This document shows positions 1-13,409 of a stretch of 64,000 nt of DNA, in pieces. A program made the translations under genes and the position numbers. The notes under the pieces were generated by a model. That model saw only the letters and a list, made by a program, of their open reading frames with translations. It made no database searches and was not told the origin of the DNA. Positions within the stretch are counted from its first letter, which is position 1. Each line of letters begins with the position of its first letter. This stretch comes from Bugula neritina (taxonomy: Eukaryota > Animalia > Bryozoa). The stretch is from contig OZ037770.1 in NCBI GenBank assembly GCA_964035545.1, positions 14,002,642 through 14,066,641 on the forward strand. The letters run 5' to 3'.

Positions 1-318
1 AGTATTTGCATTGTTTGCAGACGACTTTAATTTATTGGATAGTTTTGCAATATTGCATTGATAATGAGACACTTTCAAGCAATTAGCTTTTGAAATTTAT
101 CTTTTGCAACTTTTAATTATCAGAGTTTTTTCCTCTTAACTTTGCAAAAAATAATAAATACACATACAGTTGACTAAGTTGATTTTATTTCACATTCAGT
201 AGGTTTACTATTTTAGATTTACTAATTAATCACAAAATATTTTGTTTTACTATATCAGCACAAGAGTTCTCTTCAACATAGTACATAGCTGCCTTGAGTT
301 GAACTGTGAGAAGTTTGA

Positions 319-2121
319 TTATGGTACAATTCTGGGAGGTACTCTGTAAAATATAAAAATAAACTCAGTCTTCAACTTTAAACTCAACTTTAATTTATAT
401 GTTTAGATTAAAAAAAAATTCAATCAAGTTAAAAATATGTTGTAAAACAAAAATTGTTCGTTGTAATATGTATTTGAAAACTCAAACCGTTAACTGTAAG
501 CTTTCAGCAAACTTTTGATTAATTATAAGTAGCTTGAAAAAAATGTTGGCAATACCTATATTTATTATTTAACTAACTGTTTATTTATATGCTTAAACCT
601 ACTCATTTACTTATTTCTAAGATATTCATTGCATACAACGTCAATCTTATATATCTAAAATTTTGAAAACACTCTGTAGTATGAAAAATAAAATCTATAA
701 TGCAACACGTAAATATTCTACAGTAATAATATTAATTCGTAATATCTTAAATTCATATCTCTCTGACGCAGCTACATGCAGGCTTCAAAGAATAGCATAA
801 AATAAAATTTGCATGTAGCAAAACTGTAGGAAATTCTTATTATAAAAAAATGTAAGACATCTATATATAGCTGTTTATTTATAACTAAGTGGGTATACAC
901 TCACTGTATGCCTGTAACGCAGTACTTGGTGGTAGAATAGGGAGAAGTACAGCAGACGTCAGGTGCAGCACAATCAGCTTTACTTTCACAACCTGGGTTA
1001 TACTTAGGTCCAAATGGTTCCTGAGAGTTGGGGCATCTTCTGGTAAGTCTCACTCCGTTAGTCACTGTGTTCAGTATAATAAGTAGAATTAGGCTAATGA
1101 TATTACTTCTTCGTTTTTTAGTAGTTTTGGTACAGCTATACGTTTTGAGTTTTTATTTTTTTAGTCAATTAGTTAAATACTTTCACCATATGTTCAAAAA
1201 TTGTTTTATATTCATCCAGTATACAGTGTTTTTAATTTACAATAGTATGAACTGCCTCCCCAATTTTGTTTTATATTTGTTGAGTATAATATATACTATG
1301 TTGATAACAATAGTTGCAATATTAGGAGTTGTCTTCTCAATAATAATTATGTGTTTATAAACTATAACTCACCACAGAGGGAGGTGACAGGGCAGCCCCC
1401 ACTAGTTCTATATCCATCCTTACAGAACTTAGTGAAGTCTGCTGTTGGACAATCGACTAAAAAGATATGCATTACTCAAGTATTAAAGAATTTCAGTTGA
1501 GTATATAATATTATATAATGAAATGTGATTTTTATTTATTGATCTATTTAAGTTTTATATTTTTATTGTGTTTTTTTATATTTACTCGACGCTTTTAGTG
1601 ATATTTTTATTAAAACTAAACCAGTTTATAGTCAACTTACCACACTGGCAGTCCTGTTTCTCACAGCCACATGAATCCTTGACATAGCCTTTGGGACAAG
1701 AGTAAGGTGTGTCTCCAGGAAAGTAGGATCCACATTGGCTAGTAGGACATGGGTGGGGGCAGTGGGGGAGAGATGCTGATAAAAAATATTACAGCTACTG
1801 TATATTGTAATCTAAAGCTTCAAAGCTTGAAAAAACTTTGTTGGGAAAAGTGAGTATAGGGTTTTATTCTAATATAACACAGATCACAACAAAAAAATGT
1901 ACAATAAAATTTGTATATATAAAGTTAGGCTCTAAATAATACAAAACTGAGCTAATGGTAGTTGTGTTTATGTAAAATAATTCAATTTTTATGAATTATC
2001 ATGTAGATACCAAAAACGGCAGCCATTTTGATCACTCATAATAAAAATGAAATATTTTATTTTGCTACTCACCTGAACAAACAGCCAGAACTGCAAAGAA
2101 AGTAATGATGAGAGTATTCAT
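319..2121 (-). CDS. Paralogue A1: secreted Cys-rich protein (signal peptide, two antistasin-like modules, WAP-like module), 150 aa, 5 exons
   Basis: Exons (minus) 2121-2073, 1775-1641, 1456-1373, 1064-905, 343-319; all GT-AG, intron phases 1,1,1,2; 453 nt open. MNTLIITFFAVLAVCSASLPHCPHPCPTSQCGSYFPGDTPYSCPKGYVKDSCGCEKQDCQCVDCPTADFTKFCKDGYRTSGGCPVTSLCVTNGVRLTRRCPNSQEPFGPKYNPGCESKADCAAPDVCCTSPYSTTKYCVTGIQVPPRIVP*. Domain names are inferred from Cys spacing. Confidence 0.9.
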
Positions 2122-2180
2122 TCTTCTTATTCTTGTTTTATGACAAAACTGGTTATGAAAAATAAATGAAAACCACCTCC

Positions 2181-2204
2181 TTTTATACCAAAAAATTCAA
2201 GGAA
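2181..2204 (-). promoter_or_regulatory. A1 core promoter: TATAAAA plus TTCCTTGAA
   Basis: TATAAAA at 2187-2181, about 60 bp upstream of the ATG; TTCCTTGAA at 2204-2196; same layout in paralogues. Confidence 0.65.
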
Positions 2205-4071
2205 ATGTTGTTTAAATCATTTGTTGTGAAATTCAATATTTTTATTTTTAGTCAACAAAACTCATGCAGTGTTTCCAGGAACGCAGATATGATATAATTA
2301 TAACTAGCTGCACTGCCAACAAATATATTCAGGTGTCTTTATAATTTCCTGAACTCCAATATTCTGGTACCACACCATAATTATAGTACTCAATAATTGT
2401 TTAAATTAACATGCATTAAAGTTTGACTCAGCAAATTTAAATTGCGTAAAATAAAAGTGTTTAATTATAAGCCTAACAGTGTTACATATATCTTGCAACA
2501 TATAATAATAATATGACTTTATGGAGTTTTTGGACTAAATCAAAGCATATATTTAAAACTCAGAATTTGAATTTATATTCTTTGTTGTCCATCAAATGTA
2601 TTCATAAAGAGAACTTACATTAAAAAAGCTTCTATATTTGTAAAATAGTTTGACACGGCATTTGTGCTTTTGATGGTTTGTTATTTTAGTTACATTAGAC
2701 ATGCAACTATAGGAATAATTCGCAAAAAAGGCCTTTATAAATTTGATTTTCTGGCTAATAATAGCTTTGCATTTAAAAAAGTGTAGTGATTTTCACTTGA
2801 ATTGTCATAAGTAAAATCTGATCAAAAAAACATGCAGTTTGAAAGCAAAATTGTTTCTCCAATTTCTGCGATAAGCTTTGGCATTGGAATATATTGATGT
2901 AAAATAATTGCTATTTTAATATATTATCATTATAACTTTAGTTTGTTAGTACACATTTTCTGATAATGATGCTGTCAGCAGCATTATTATAAATGACGAG
3001 TTATTTCATCTCACAGGTTTAATAAGGTAGTGATACTTTCCTGTTTTACATAGCTGATTAAAGTTAAATTTGTTCAAATGTTATTTCAAGCTTCCAATTA
3101 TTATGGCTTACAATTAGTTCAGTTATTATAAAATCAAAGATGTCACTAATTCAAAAATTGTAACAAATGGATACATTTTTATAAAATATTGGGGCAAATA
3201 AGTTTATATATGCTATGTTTGCTTAAAAATATGTTGCAAGTCTATACTGGATGTGTATTATACAGCTCTATAAAAAACAGCATCATAGTTTATATTTTAT
3301 AATTTCTTGTTTTAAAACATAATTATAATGATGACATTCATCATGTTTGATTTTTACTTGAAATACATTTGTTTTTGGCCATTCCTCATATGTGTTCATA
3401 TCTTCAGTATAATGATGAAGCATCGCTACTGACAATGTTGTCCCAAATCCTGTACGTGGAAAGGCACATCCTTGTATACTCATATATAATATTAAAATAT
3501 CACATGTTTTCAATAGCCAATCAAGTGTAAAAAGTTCTAAATTGCATGATTTCTATACCGCATTATTTCTCTAATTTTAGCGTACAGAGTGGTATGCATA
3601 TGTGCACAGCATAAATAATTAGTATGGCATTTTTGCATTTGTTTTTGAAAAATATAAATGTTTCATAACTGTGAATATAAAGCTATTTTGTTGTGCAATG
3701 AGTTTTGTAACCAACATACAGTAGAACATTTTGAACATCTTGAAAAAAGAAAATATGTGTGTGTGTTGCTAAGAAATAAGATGATTTAACCTTTGACCCT
3801 GAAATGTGTGATTAGGCTACAATAGTGCTTTTTTATTATTATGAAATAAATAAATTATTAAGTAAATATTATTGAATTAAAAAAATATTGCAAGGAATGC
3901 AGAACGAGTTTGCAACTGGAACTATAAACTAACAATTCATTCGTCTATTGAAATGCATATTGTAAAAAATTGACTTTTCTTAAGTTTATAAGCTATGCAG
4001 AAAGCATGCAAGTTATATATACTTGCTTAATAAATAAAATCCACTAAAACAGCCTTATCAACATAACAAAA

Positions 4072-4240
4072 TACACACACATACACACACACACAAACAC
4101 ACACACACACACACCACACCACACCACACCACACCACATGCATGCACCACACCACACCACACCACACCACACCACACGCACACGCACACGCACACGCACA
4201 CGCACACGCACACGCGCACACACACACACACACACACACA
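4072..4240. repeat. Compound microsatellite (CA)n/(CACAC)n/(CACGCA)n
   Basis: Directly visible; explains the spurious ORFs at 4027-4392. Confidence 0.95.
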
Positions 4241-5913
4241 AATACGCATGCATTTATACACACATGTATGTATATATAATACTTAATATAATCTACATGT
4301 CCACACTCCATGTTTTGCAATGTGTCAACTTTTTTCACAACAGTGACATGTCAATATGTAAAACTCATGTTTTTTGGCAAGTTGTCACTTGAAGGCATGT
4401 AATCATACCAGGTGTCACATAGATCAATGTTATACCAACCTAGAATGTTGTAATGGTACTAGATTATGGCACTACACACAGAGTGATTGCAATACATAAA
4501 CAACAATAACATATACAGTATCCTCATAGCTGTATCTTTACGTAACTGTACCCGAATCTTGACATGTTTATGAAAGTTCCTCAATCAATTCGAGACAAGT
4601 CCAGCTTGTTTTGAAAGTAATTTTACAATATTATTGAAAATTTAGAATAACAAATTATCTATTAGCTATTCATAACCTTGTATGCATTATATTTCAATAA
4701 ACCAAACCTATAATACTCATGATACAATAATCTCTATAAATAAAAACTGAATATATCATTAATATGAGATGTCAAAAACATTATATAGTATTCAATTGCA
4801 TAAACTTATATAAGCATTTATAAAATTTATTTCATTTTATAAAATCTTCGGTTTGAAACTATTGTTCAACATTCTATTATAAATACAGTCAGTTAATAAT
4901 AATTAAACAAATATCATTAAATTATTATGTATCAAATAAATTCAACAATATTTTTCTAATATAAGCTATATGTTTAGTATAGCTGTGAACATAAAATGTG
5001 AAAATATAGAATACCCACTATATCATTCTAAAAGTACAATTCTATTATTATACTTTTCAGTTCGATGAATGACTAGTTTTATTGAACTCAAGCTAGTGCT
5101 AAGCATTCTCACTCAGGTGTTATTATTATATGAGACTAATTTAGACTAGTTTTTAACTATGCAGGCTTAATTTATATATAGTGGCAAAACAAATCTATAA
5201 CATAAACTATATTACGCTATATATTACGCTTTATTAGTTAAAAGCATATAGATATGAGCTACTATAATGATATATATAACCTTGTTCTTTGGCTAGCGAG
5301 GGGACAATTCCTAAAGCAGTGCATATATCTTATACGTAGCTGCTAAATCATACTAAAAAAGTATTGTGTCATATTGAGCAGGTACCCAACACAGTTGCAA
5401 ATATACAGAAATTATCATAATTATTTTAAGCTGTTATTATTTTGCAAAATTTGTAATTCACTGCATAGACTTGAACTATACTTGCATACCTTTTAAATCT
5501 ATAGTAGCAATATTTCTATTACAAAACTTCGAGTTGTGTCACTAGGTCTTGCAAAAATGAAAAGGCAAAACATTTGATGTTAGATGTCTACATGATTTTA
5601 TATTTGCCAACTTAAAAAGATTTGCACATATCTTAGTGTCACTATAAAACTATATAATATATACTCTTTTAATTTACTGATGCCTATAAACTAACACCAG
5701 GATTACGATTATTGTACTAATTATTAAACAATATACAGTATATAACAAGAGAGTCATGTTAAACAAGAGCTTACCAAAATATTTAAATATATTTGTTGGC
5801 AATATGCAGCGAATATGTTACTGCAGTGTTCCTGGTATTTTTAGTATATTGCCTGATTTTGTTTCACTGAAAATCAAATCATGGAATTTCACAACAAAAA
5901 ATTTAAACAACAT

Positions 5914-5937
5914 TTCCTTGAATTTTTTGGTATAAAA
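5914..5937 (+). promoter_or_regulatory. A2 core promoter: TTCCTTGAA plus TATAAAA
   Basis: TTCCTTGAA 5914-5922, TATAAAA 5931-5937, ATG at 5997. Confidence 0.65.
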
Positions 5938-5996
5938 GGAGGTGGTTTTCAGATATTTTTCATAACCAGTTTTGTCGTAAAACAAGAATAAGAAGA

Positions 5997-8457
5997 ATGA
6001 ATACTCTCATCATCACTTTCTTTGCAGTTCTGGCTGTTTGTTCAGGTGAGTAGCAAAATAAAATATTCCATTTTTATTATGGGTGATCAAAATGGCTGCT
6101 ATCTTTGGTAGCTACATGATAATTCATAAAAATTGAATTACTTTACATAAACACAACTACCATTATCTCAGTTTTGCATTATTAAAAGCCTAGCTTTGTT
6201 ATATATAAGAGTTTTATAGTACATTTCTTTGTTGTGATCTGTGTTATATTAGAATAAAACTATAATAATACTCACTTTTCCCAACAAAGGTTTTTCAAGC
6301 TTTGAAGCTTTAGATTACAACATAAAGAAGCTCTAATATTTTTTATCAGCATCTCTCCCCCACTGCCCCCACCCATGTCCTACTAGCCAATGTGGATCCT
6401 ACTTCCCTGGAAACACACCATACTCTTGTCCATGCGGCTATGTCAAGGATGCATGTGGCTGTGAGAAACAGGACTGCCAGTGTGGTAAGTTGACTATAAA
6501 CTAGTCTAACTTGTGTATATTCAAATTGCTTGATTGATTGCAACGAAATGGCAACTGTGAAACAGATTTGTAAGGTTACGAGTTTACAGGAAAGCTTCAA
6601 AGTAATGTGCCCTTCTGAGTTTGCTTTTTAAATTTATTGCCGGACATTTGAGTATTTTCTTACGGCTTTTCTACTGAATTTATTTACGTATAGTTATAAA
6701 ACTGCTAAGTTGGTGAAGTCAATTCATTTACTTATCTAGGTATATGATCTTTTAATGATTAGTTATTATACAAAACAGGAATCAGCTTTAAGTTTTTGTT
6801 TATAAATATTATCTGATTTATATTAGACTTTTTCATAAAAGCTCATGAAAAATTATAAAAACTGAACATAATTACGTTTTATTAATTGATAACTATATTA
6901 TGTAATCATGCAACATAAAAGTAGCTATAATTAAAACAATATTTCATATTTTCTATTGAATGCCAAATTTACCAACCTATTGTTTTACCAAAGCATCGAT
7001 ATAAATTTACAAAACATTTCAGGAAATACATAACAGTATAATATGTACAACGTATAAAGCAATGGATAAACATCAAATTTAAATATAATATAATACATGC
7101 GTGTAATATTATATACTCAACTGAAAATCTTTAATAATTGAGTAATGTATTTCTTTTTAGTCGATTGTCCAGCAGCAGACTTCACTAAGTTCTGTAAGGA
7201 TGGATATAGAACTAGTGGGGGCTGTCCCGTCACCTCCCTCTGTGGTGAGTTATAGTTTATAAACACATATTTAATATTGGGGAGATAATTAATAATATTG
7301 TGACTATATTAGTATCAACATACATTATATATACAGAACAAATATAAAGACAATATATTGTACAATTATTAAAAGGTAAACTAAATGATTAGAGCTAAAT
7401 ATTCAAACATGCTAATTTTTTTTCTGAATAACTTAAACCGGCAGATTTTTTAGTTTGAATTCAGAAGATGACACATGATGGTGTGACTTTCATATTGTCA
7501 AAGTATTTATGATGAGCAAATGTAGAACAAATATTGTACCATCATTAAAAAGAAAACTAAACGTTTAGAATTACTCGTAAATATTCAAAACATGTATATA
7601 TAGTTGTATCAAAATTATTAAGAAAGCATAAAGTGTAATAATTAGTCTAATTCTACTTATCATATTGAACACAGTGAGTAATGGGGTGAGACTTACCAGA
7701 AGATGCCCCAACTCTCAGGAACCATTTGGACCTAAGTATAACCCAGGTTGTAGAAGTAAAGCTGATTGTGCTGCACCTGATGTTTGTTGTACTTCACCCT
7801 ATTCTACCACCAAGTACTGCGTTAAAGGAGAAGTGTAAGTATTTAAAGCAAAAATAAAAAAGTAACCCTATATAAAAAAGATTTTCTTACAACATTTTCG
7901 CTTAGATATTATTATAATAACTGCTTTTTATATAAATTCTCTTTAAGGCCTATGCATGTATAGCTATTATAAGTATATTATAAGCAACACTGTCACCAGC
8001 AAGTAAATGGTTTATGTTACAGCGTATCTCTTATATAATATCATCTCTTATATAATATCGTCAAGCTTTTCAAATTTTGAATATATAACATTTTAATTGA
8101 CTTTGCAATGAAGGTTTTAAAAATAAGTAAGCTAATAAGTGTACATGTACTCAAGTGTAAATGAACAGGTGACAAATTAATAATAATTGGGTAATATGTC
8201 GCACAAATTTGAACGCATTTTATTTCAATATAACTGATAAATTACAATCTGCCTATTATAGATGTAACAGCTAGACGTTTACAATTACTGCTACAGTAGT
8301 ATAATCTGTTTGTTATATTTGACAATTTTTTAGCTTGAAAGCGTCTTTTGAAATTTAAACAAATATAATGAATTATAGTTGAGTTTTCAATAAATATCCT
8401 ACAAACTAATTCATTTGTATTTTTTACAGAGTACCTCCACTAAACCCACACTACTAG
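5997..8457 (+). CDS. Paralogue A2: secreted Cys-rich protein, 151 aa, 5 exons, with an extra Cys (CPCG)
   Basis: Exons 5997-6045, 6350-6484, 7161-7244, 7675-7834, 8430-8457; GT-AG; 456 nt open. MNTLIITFFAVLAVCSASLPHCPHPCPTSQCGSYFPGNTPYSCPCGYVKDACGCEKQDCQCVDCPAADFTKFCKDGYRTSGGCPVTSLCVSNGVRLTRRCPNSQEPFGPKYNPGCRSKADCAAPDVCCTSPYSTTKYCVKGEVVPPLNPHY*. Confidence 0.9.
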
Positions 8458-11190
8458 AACTTCTGGTAACCCAACTCAAGGCAGCTATACGTTGAAGGAC
8501 TTCTATTTTATTGATGATAATAATAAATTACTTATGTTATAATTACAACCACAATAATAAAGAATACATAATACTAAAACTGAAACAAATTCAATTTACA
8601 ATTACACAATACCATGCAATTGTTATAATCGTAATTCAATTATATATGAGGGTGTGCATGGGTGTATTTTTATATTTAATCAATTCACTCAAATTTTTCA
8701 TCATAACATTATTCTCTATAGTGTGGAACGCTCCAAAACACAAAAGCTGCACCTTCAAGTTCAGTATTAATTTGAGCTTAATTTTAAATTAAAGTTTAAG
8801 TTCACATTGTTAACTGATCTTCTTTTATAAGCCTTTAGACTTATTACTGAGCTGTTTCTAATAACAAAATTTACAATCTATAATGTACCTCTGGTTAAGT
8901 TAGAAACAAAATTTACACAAAATTACAATTAATAGTTTTGTGATCAAGTAATAAAACTTGCAAGTTCCGCAAACACTAAAATAAAATAGTTATTGCAATA
9001 TCTCAACTGCAAAAAGAAGACAATCGCCACAATATTATATTTATTAGCCAAGCCTTACTATACTTCATACACATAACCAAAAAAATCACCTGGAAAATAA
9101 TTTTTAAAATTTGTGCAACTTCTGCAGGTTGACAAAACGATTGTAAAAATTATAATTCAATGTATATATTGTAAAAATTATAATTCAATTTGAAGACTTA
9201 AAACAAATGTATATAACCAATGAAACATTGTATACTGACTAGAGTCATGAGTCTATAACAAAATATGCTATGCTTATCTATAATTAGAAATTATGTAACT
9301 GATAGCCATTATCATAGAACTGAAAGGAGGTGCAAGCTAAACAAAACATTTGCTTACTTTTGCTTATGAAACAAACTGTGCATATATAAACTAAGGAAGA
9401 CACCAGCTCCTACTATATTGTTGGGCCTTTCTGAATGTTTGATGTAATCTTCTAAAATAATTACCAAAACAAATTATTTTCTGTATACTTGTTAAAATTT
9501 TGCACCACCATTTCAAATAGTAAAAAAAATAATATTTTATCAACACAGACAGCTTTCACGACTAATTTCAACCTTTTTCTTTTAATAATAATACTATTTA
9601 CATTATTTAATGCATATATAAAAGAAAAATCTCAAGTGATTTTTACTTGAATTCTGATAAGCAAGATCCGATTGACAATGTCACTATTTCAAACATTGTC
9701 ACACAGGTATATTTTGTCCAAAATATTGTAGCAACTTAGCTTTTACTCTGTTTGCAATATACAGCTTATATAATGCTTAAAAGTAATATATAACCTTACA
9801 TTAGATGGATTATGTTATAGCAATACTTGATATGACAATAGGTCTAGGATAGCTATTCATTATAGCAAAAAACTAGACTTACCTTGATTTCTAAGTGACA
9901 TTTTGAACTTTTGAAAAAAATTGTTTGACTACATGGAGATTCCTGCACATGCAGTGATTGAAGTGCAAAGGAGAGATGTTTAAGTTTAAATATTTTCAAA
10001 ACTTTTTGGTGACACACAATTTGACAATAATCTACCAAATAAATGAAAATTTTGTTTGAAGCTGATTTGTGAAACTAACAGCTAAATTATAACGTAGCAA
10101 GTAAGTAAATGAATCTAAACTTCCAATGCATAATATTTTTTTTCTGAGAAGAAAAACGGTATCAGCGTCTATGTTTTTTTTATTTTTAGAGCACAACTTG
10201 TTGGGAAACTCATCGCAGGTGTATTTTCTACATATAAAACACACTTGTTTTTGGCCATTCCTCATATGTGTCCATGTCTACATATGCAGTGATGATGCAG
10301 CATTGCTAATAGCATTAATGTTGTCCAAAATCCTGTATATATGTGGAAAAGCACATTCTCATAATGCACTCATGTTGATATCACATGTTTTCAATAGCCA
10401 ACCAAGTGTAAAAAACTCTAATTTGCATGAATTTTACAATAATATTAGTTCTTCTAATTACAGCGTACAGATTAATATGCGTAAGTCTATGTGCACAGCA
10501 TAAATAATTAGTATAGTATATGCGTTTGTTCTTGAAGGATGGAGTTTGTGGCTGTGAATATAAAATTATTTCATTGGGCAATTAATTTTGTAACCAACAT
10601 ACAACGGCTAGTACACATTGTGCTGCCTAAAAACCAACAGATGTGTATATATAGCAACAATACAAAAACACAAAGATGACTTCAATTATGACTTTGAAAT
10701 TTATAATTTAAATGTAACCTGCCCTATTTTATTACCATGGATTGATAAAAAGAGTTCATATTACTGTTGAAGTGAACAAATATTGTTAAAAATACAGAAA
10801 GAGCATGATTATAAGCATTAAGTCAAATTTTCATAACTTTCATTTTTATTGGAGGAACAAACTCTGTTCATCCAATAGATATGCATGTTATGAAAAATTG
10901 ACAGTTTTGTGTTCTGCAAAAATTGTGCAAGTATTTGCTCAGTAAATCAAATAGACTATAACAACTGTGTAAACATGTCAACATAGCATTATATTCTTTT
11001 GAATCATTGGACCGGAACTTTATAAATATACAAGATAAGTTCATGTATGCATAAGATAGGGTTTAGTAATTGATACTAAAGAAGCAAAAGTTTCAAAGAT
11101 AATTACAAAACTACACCAAAATATAGTATCCAAAATGTTAGGCTAATTACCACATTAAACCTTAAGTATAGCATTAACCTGCTGTTTAAG

Positions 11191-11192
<2 letters not shown>

Positions 11193-11250
<58 letters not shown>

Positions 11251-11650
11251 ATGTATGTATGTATGTATGTATGTATGTATGTATGTATGTATGTATGTAT
11301 GTATGTATGTCTGTATGTATGTATGTATGTATGTACGTGTGCATGTTTGCATGTGTCCATCTGCCCATGTGTGCATATGTGCATGTGTGCATATGTGTAT
11401 AATAATGTATGTATGTATGTGTGTATGTATGTATGTACATATGTATGTATATATATGTATGTACATATGCATGTATGTATATATTATATGTGTGTATGTA
11501 TGTATGTCTGTATGTATGTATTTGTGTATGTATGTATGTACATATATGTACAAACATACATATATGTACATATATGTATGTTTGTACAATATCTGTGCAG
11601 TATGTGCATGTACAGCATGTGTGTATGCATACTTGATGTATATATACACA
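11193..11650. repeat. Compound microsatellite (TA)n/(TATG)n with degenerate tail
   Basis: Directly visible; explains the spurious ORFs at 11103-11746. Confidence 0.95.
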
Positions 11651-13326
11651 CTTTTGTATAATATGTTTTGCAATGTGTCTACTTTGCTTACAACAGTGAC
11701 ATGTAAATATATAAAACTCATCTTTGTTGGCAAGTTGTCATTCTAAGGCTTGTAATCATACTACATGTCACGTAGCTCAATGTCATACCAACCTAGAATG
11801 TTGTAATGGTACTAGATTATGGCACTCACTACACACAGAGTGATTGCAATACACAAACAACAATAACACATACAGTATCCTCATAGCTGTGTCTTTACGT
11901 AACTGTACCTGAATCTTGACATGCTTATGAAAGTTCCTCAATCAATTTGAGACAAGTCCAGCTTGTTTTGAAAGTAATTTTACAATATTATTAAAAATTT
12001 AGAATAACAAATTATCTATTAGCTATTCATAACTTTGTATGCATTATATTTCAATAAACCAAACCTATAATACTCATGATACAATAATCTCTATAAATAT
12101 AAACTGAATATATCATTAATATGAAATGTCAAAAACATTATATAGTATTCAATTGCATAAACTTATATAAGCATTTATAAAATTTATTTCATTTTATAAA
12201 ACCTTCGGTTTGAAACTGTTGTTCAACATTCTATTATAAATACAGTTATCTAATAATAATTAAACAAATATCATTAAATTATTATGTATCAAATAAATTC
12301 AACAATATTTTTCTAATATAAACTATATGTTTAGTAAAGCCGTGAACATAAAATGTAAAAATATAGAATACCCACTTTATCATTCTAAAAGTACACTTCT
12401 ATTATTATATATTTCAGTTTGATGACTGACTAGTTTTATTGAACTCAAGCTAATGCTAAGCATACTCACCCAGGTCTTATTATTATATGGGACTAATTTA
12501 GACTAGTTTTTAACCATGCCTAATTTATACATAGTGGCAAAACAGATCTATATAACATAAACTTTATGAAAATATCTAATATCTAATATCTAATTATTGT
12601 TAATATATTATGCTTTATTAGTTAAAAGCATGTTGCTCTTTCAGCGCATACATAGATATATGAGCTACTGTAATGATATATATATATATATATATAACTT
12701 TGTTCTGAGCTAGCGAGGGGACAATTCCTAAAGCAGTGCATATATATTATATGTAGCTGCCAACTAATACTAAAAAAGTATTGTGTCATTGAGCAGGTAC
12801 CCAACATACATACAACTATACAGAAATTATCATATTTTAAGCTGTTATTATTTTGCAAAATTTGTAACTCACTGCATGGGCTTGAACTACTTGCATACCT
12901 TTTAAATCTATATAGTAGCAATATTTCAATTACAAAACTGTGAGTCATGTCACTAGGTCTTGCAAAAATGAAAAGGCAATACATTTTATCTTAGATGACT
13001 GCATGATATATATTTGCCAACTTAAAAAGATTCGCACATATCTTAGTGTCACTATAAAACTATATAATATATACTCTTTCAATTTACTGATGCCTATAAA
13101 CTAGCTAGCACCAGGTTATGATTATTGTACTAATTATTAAGTAATATACAGTATATAACAAGAGGGTCATGCTAAACAAGAGCTTACCAAAATATTTAAA
13201 TATTTTTGTTGGCAATATGCAGAAAATTTGCTACTGTAGTGTTCCTGGTATTTTTAGTATATTGCCTGATTTTGTTTCACTGAAAATGAAATCATGGAAT
13301 TTTACAACAAATTATTTAAACAACAT

Positions 13327-13350
13327 TTCCTTGAATTTTTGGGTATAAAA
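13327..13350 (+). promoter_or_regulatory. A3 core promoter: TTCCTTGAA plus TATAAAA
   Basis: TTCCTTGAA 13327-13335, TATAAAA 13344-13350. Confidence 0.65.
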
Positions 13351-13409
13351 GGAGGCGGTTTTCAGATGTTTTTCATAACCAGTTTTGTCGTAAAACAAGA
13401 ATAAGAAGA

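Noticed and set aside
3375-3470. Faint resemblance of PRTGF...DMNTYEEWP to sialylmotif S
   Set aside because: Spacing does not fit and no sialylmotif L is seen; too weak without a search.
6346-6600. ORFs 889-1086, 6346-6600, 13761-14057, 14534-14740, 23798-24004, 23908-24096, 24983-25321 and 31868-32086
   Set aside because: Antisense shadows of real exons; their similarity between copies simply reflects the sense-strand genes.
7833-7838. In-frame stop right after the exon 4 donor in all seven genes, as a regulated alternative C-terminus
   Set aside because: Any phase-2 intron beginning GTRA gives this automatically; no independent evidence.
5997-8457. Naming the genes antistasin, crustin, waprin or perlwapin
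   Set aside because: Cys counts and architecture match none of these exactly, so no gene symbol was assigned.
4027-11746. CV-, YIHT- and TR-rich ORFs, plus 48040-48231, 52549-53141 and 60367-60576
   Set aside because: Translations of microsatellites or low-complexity tracts.
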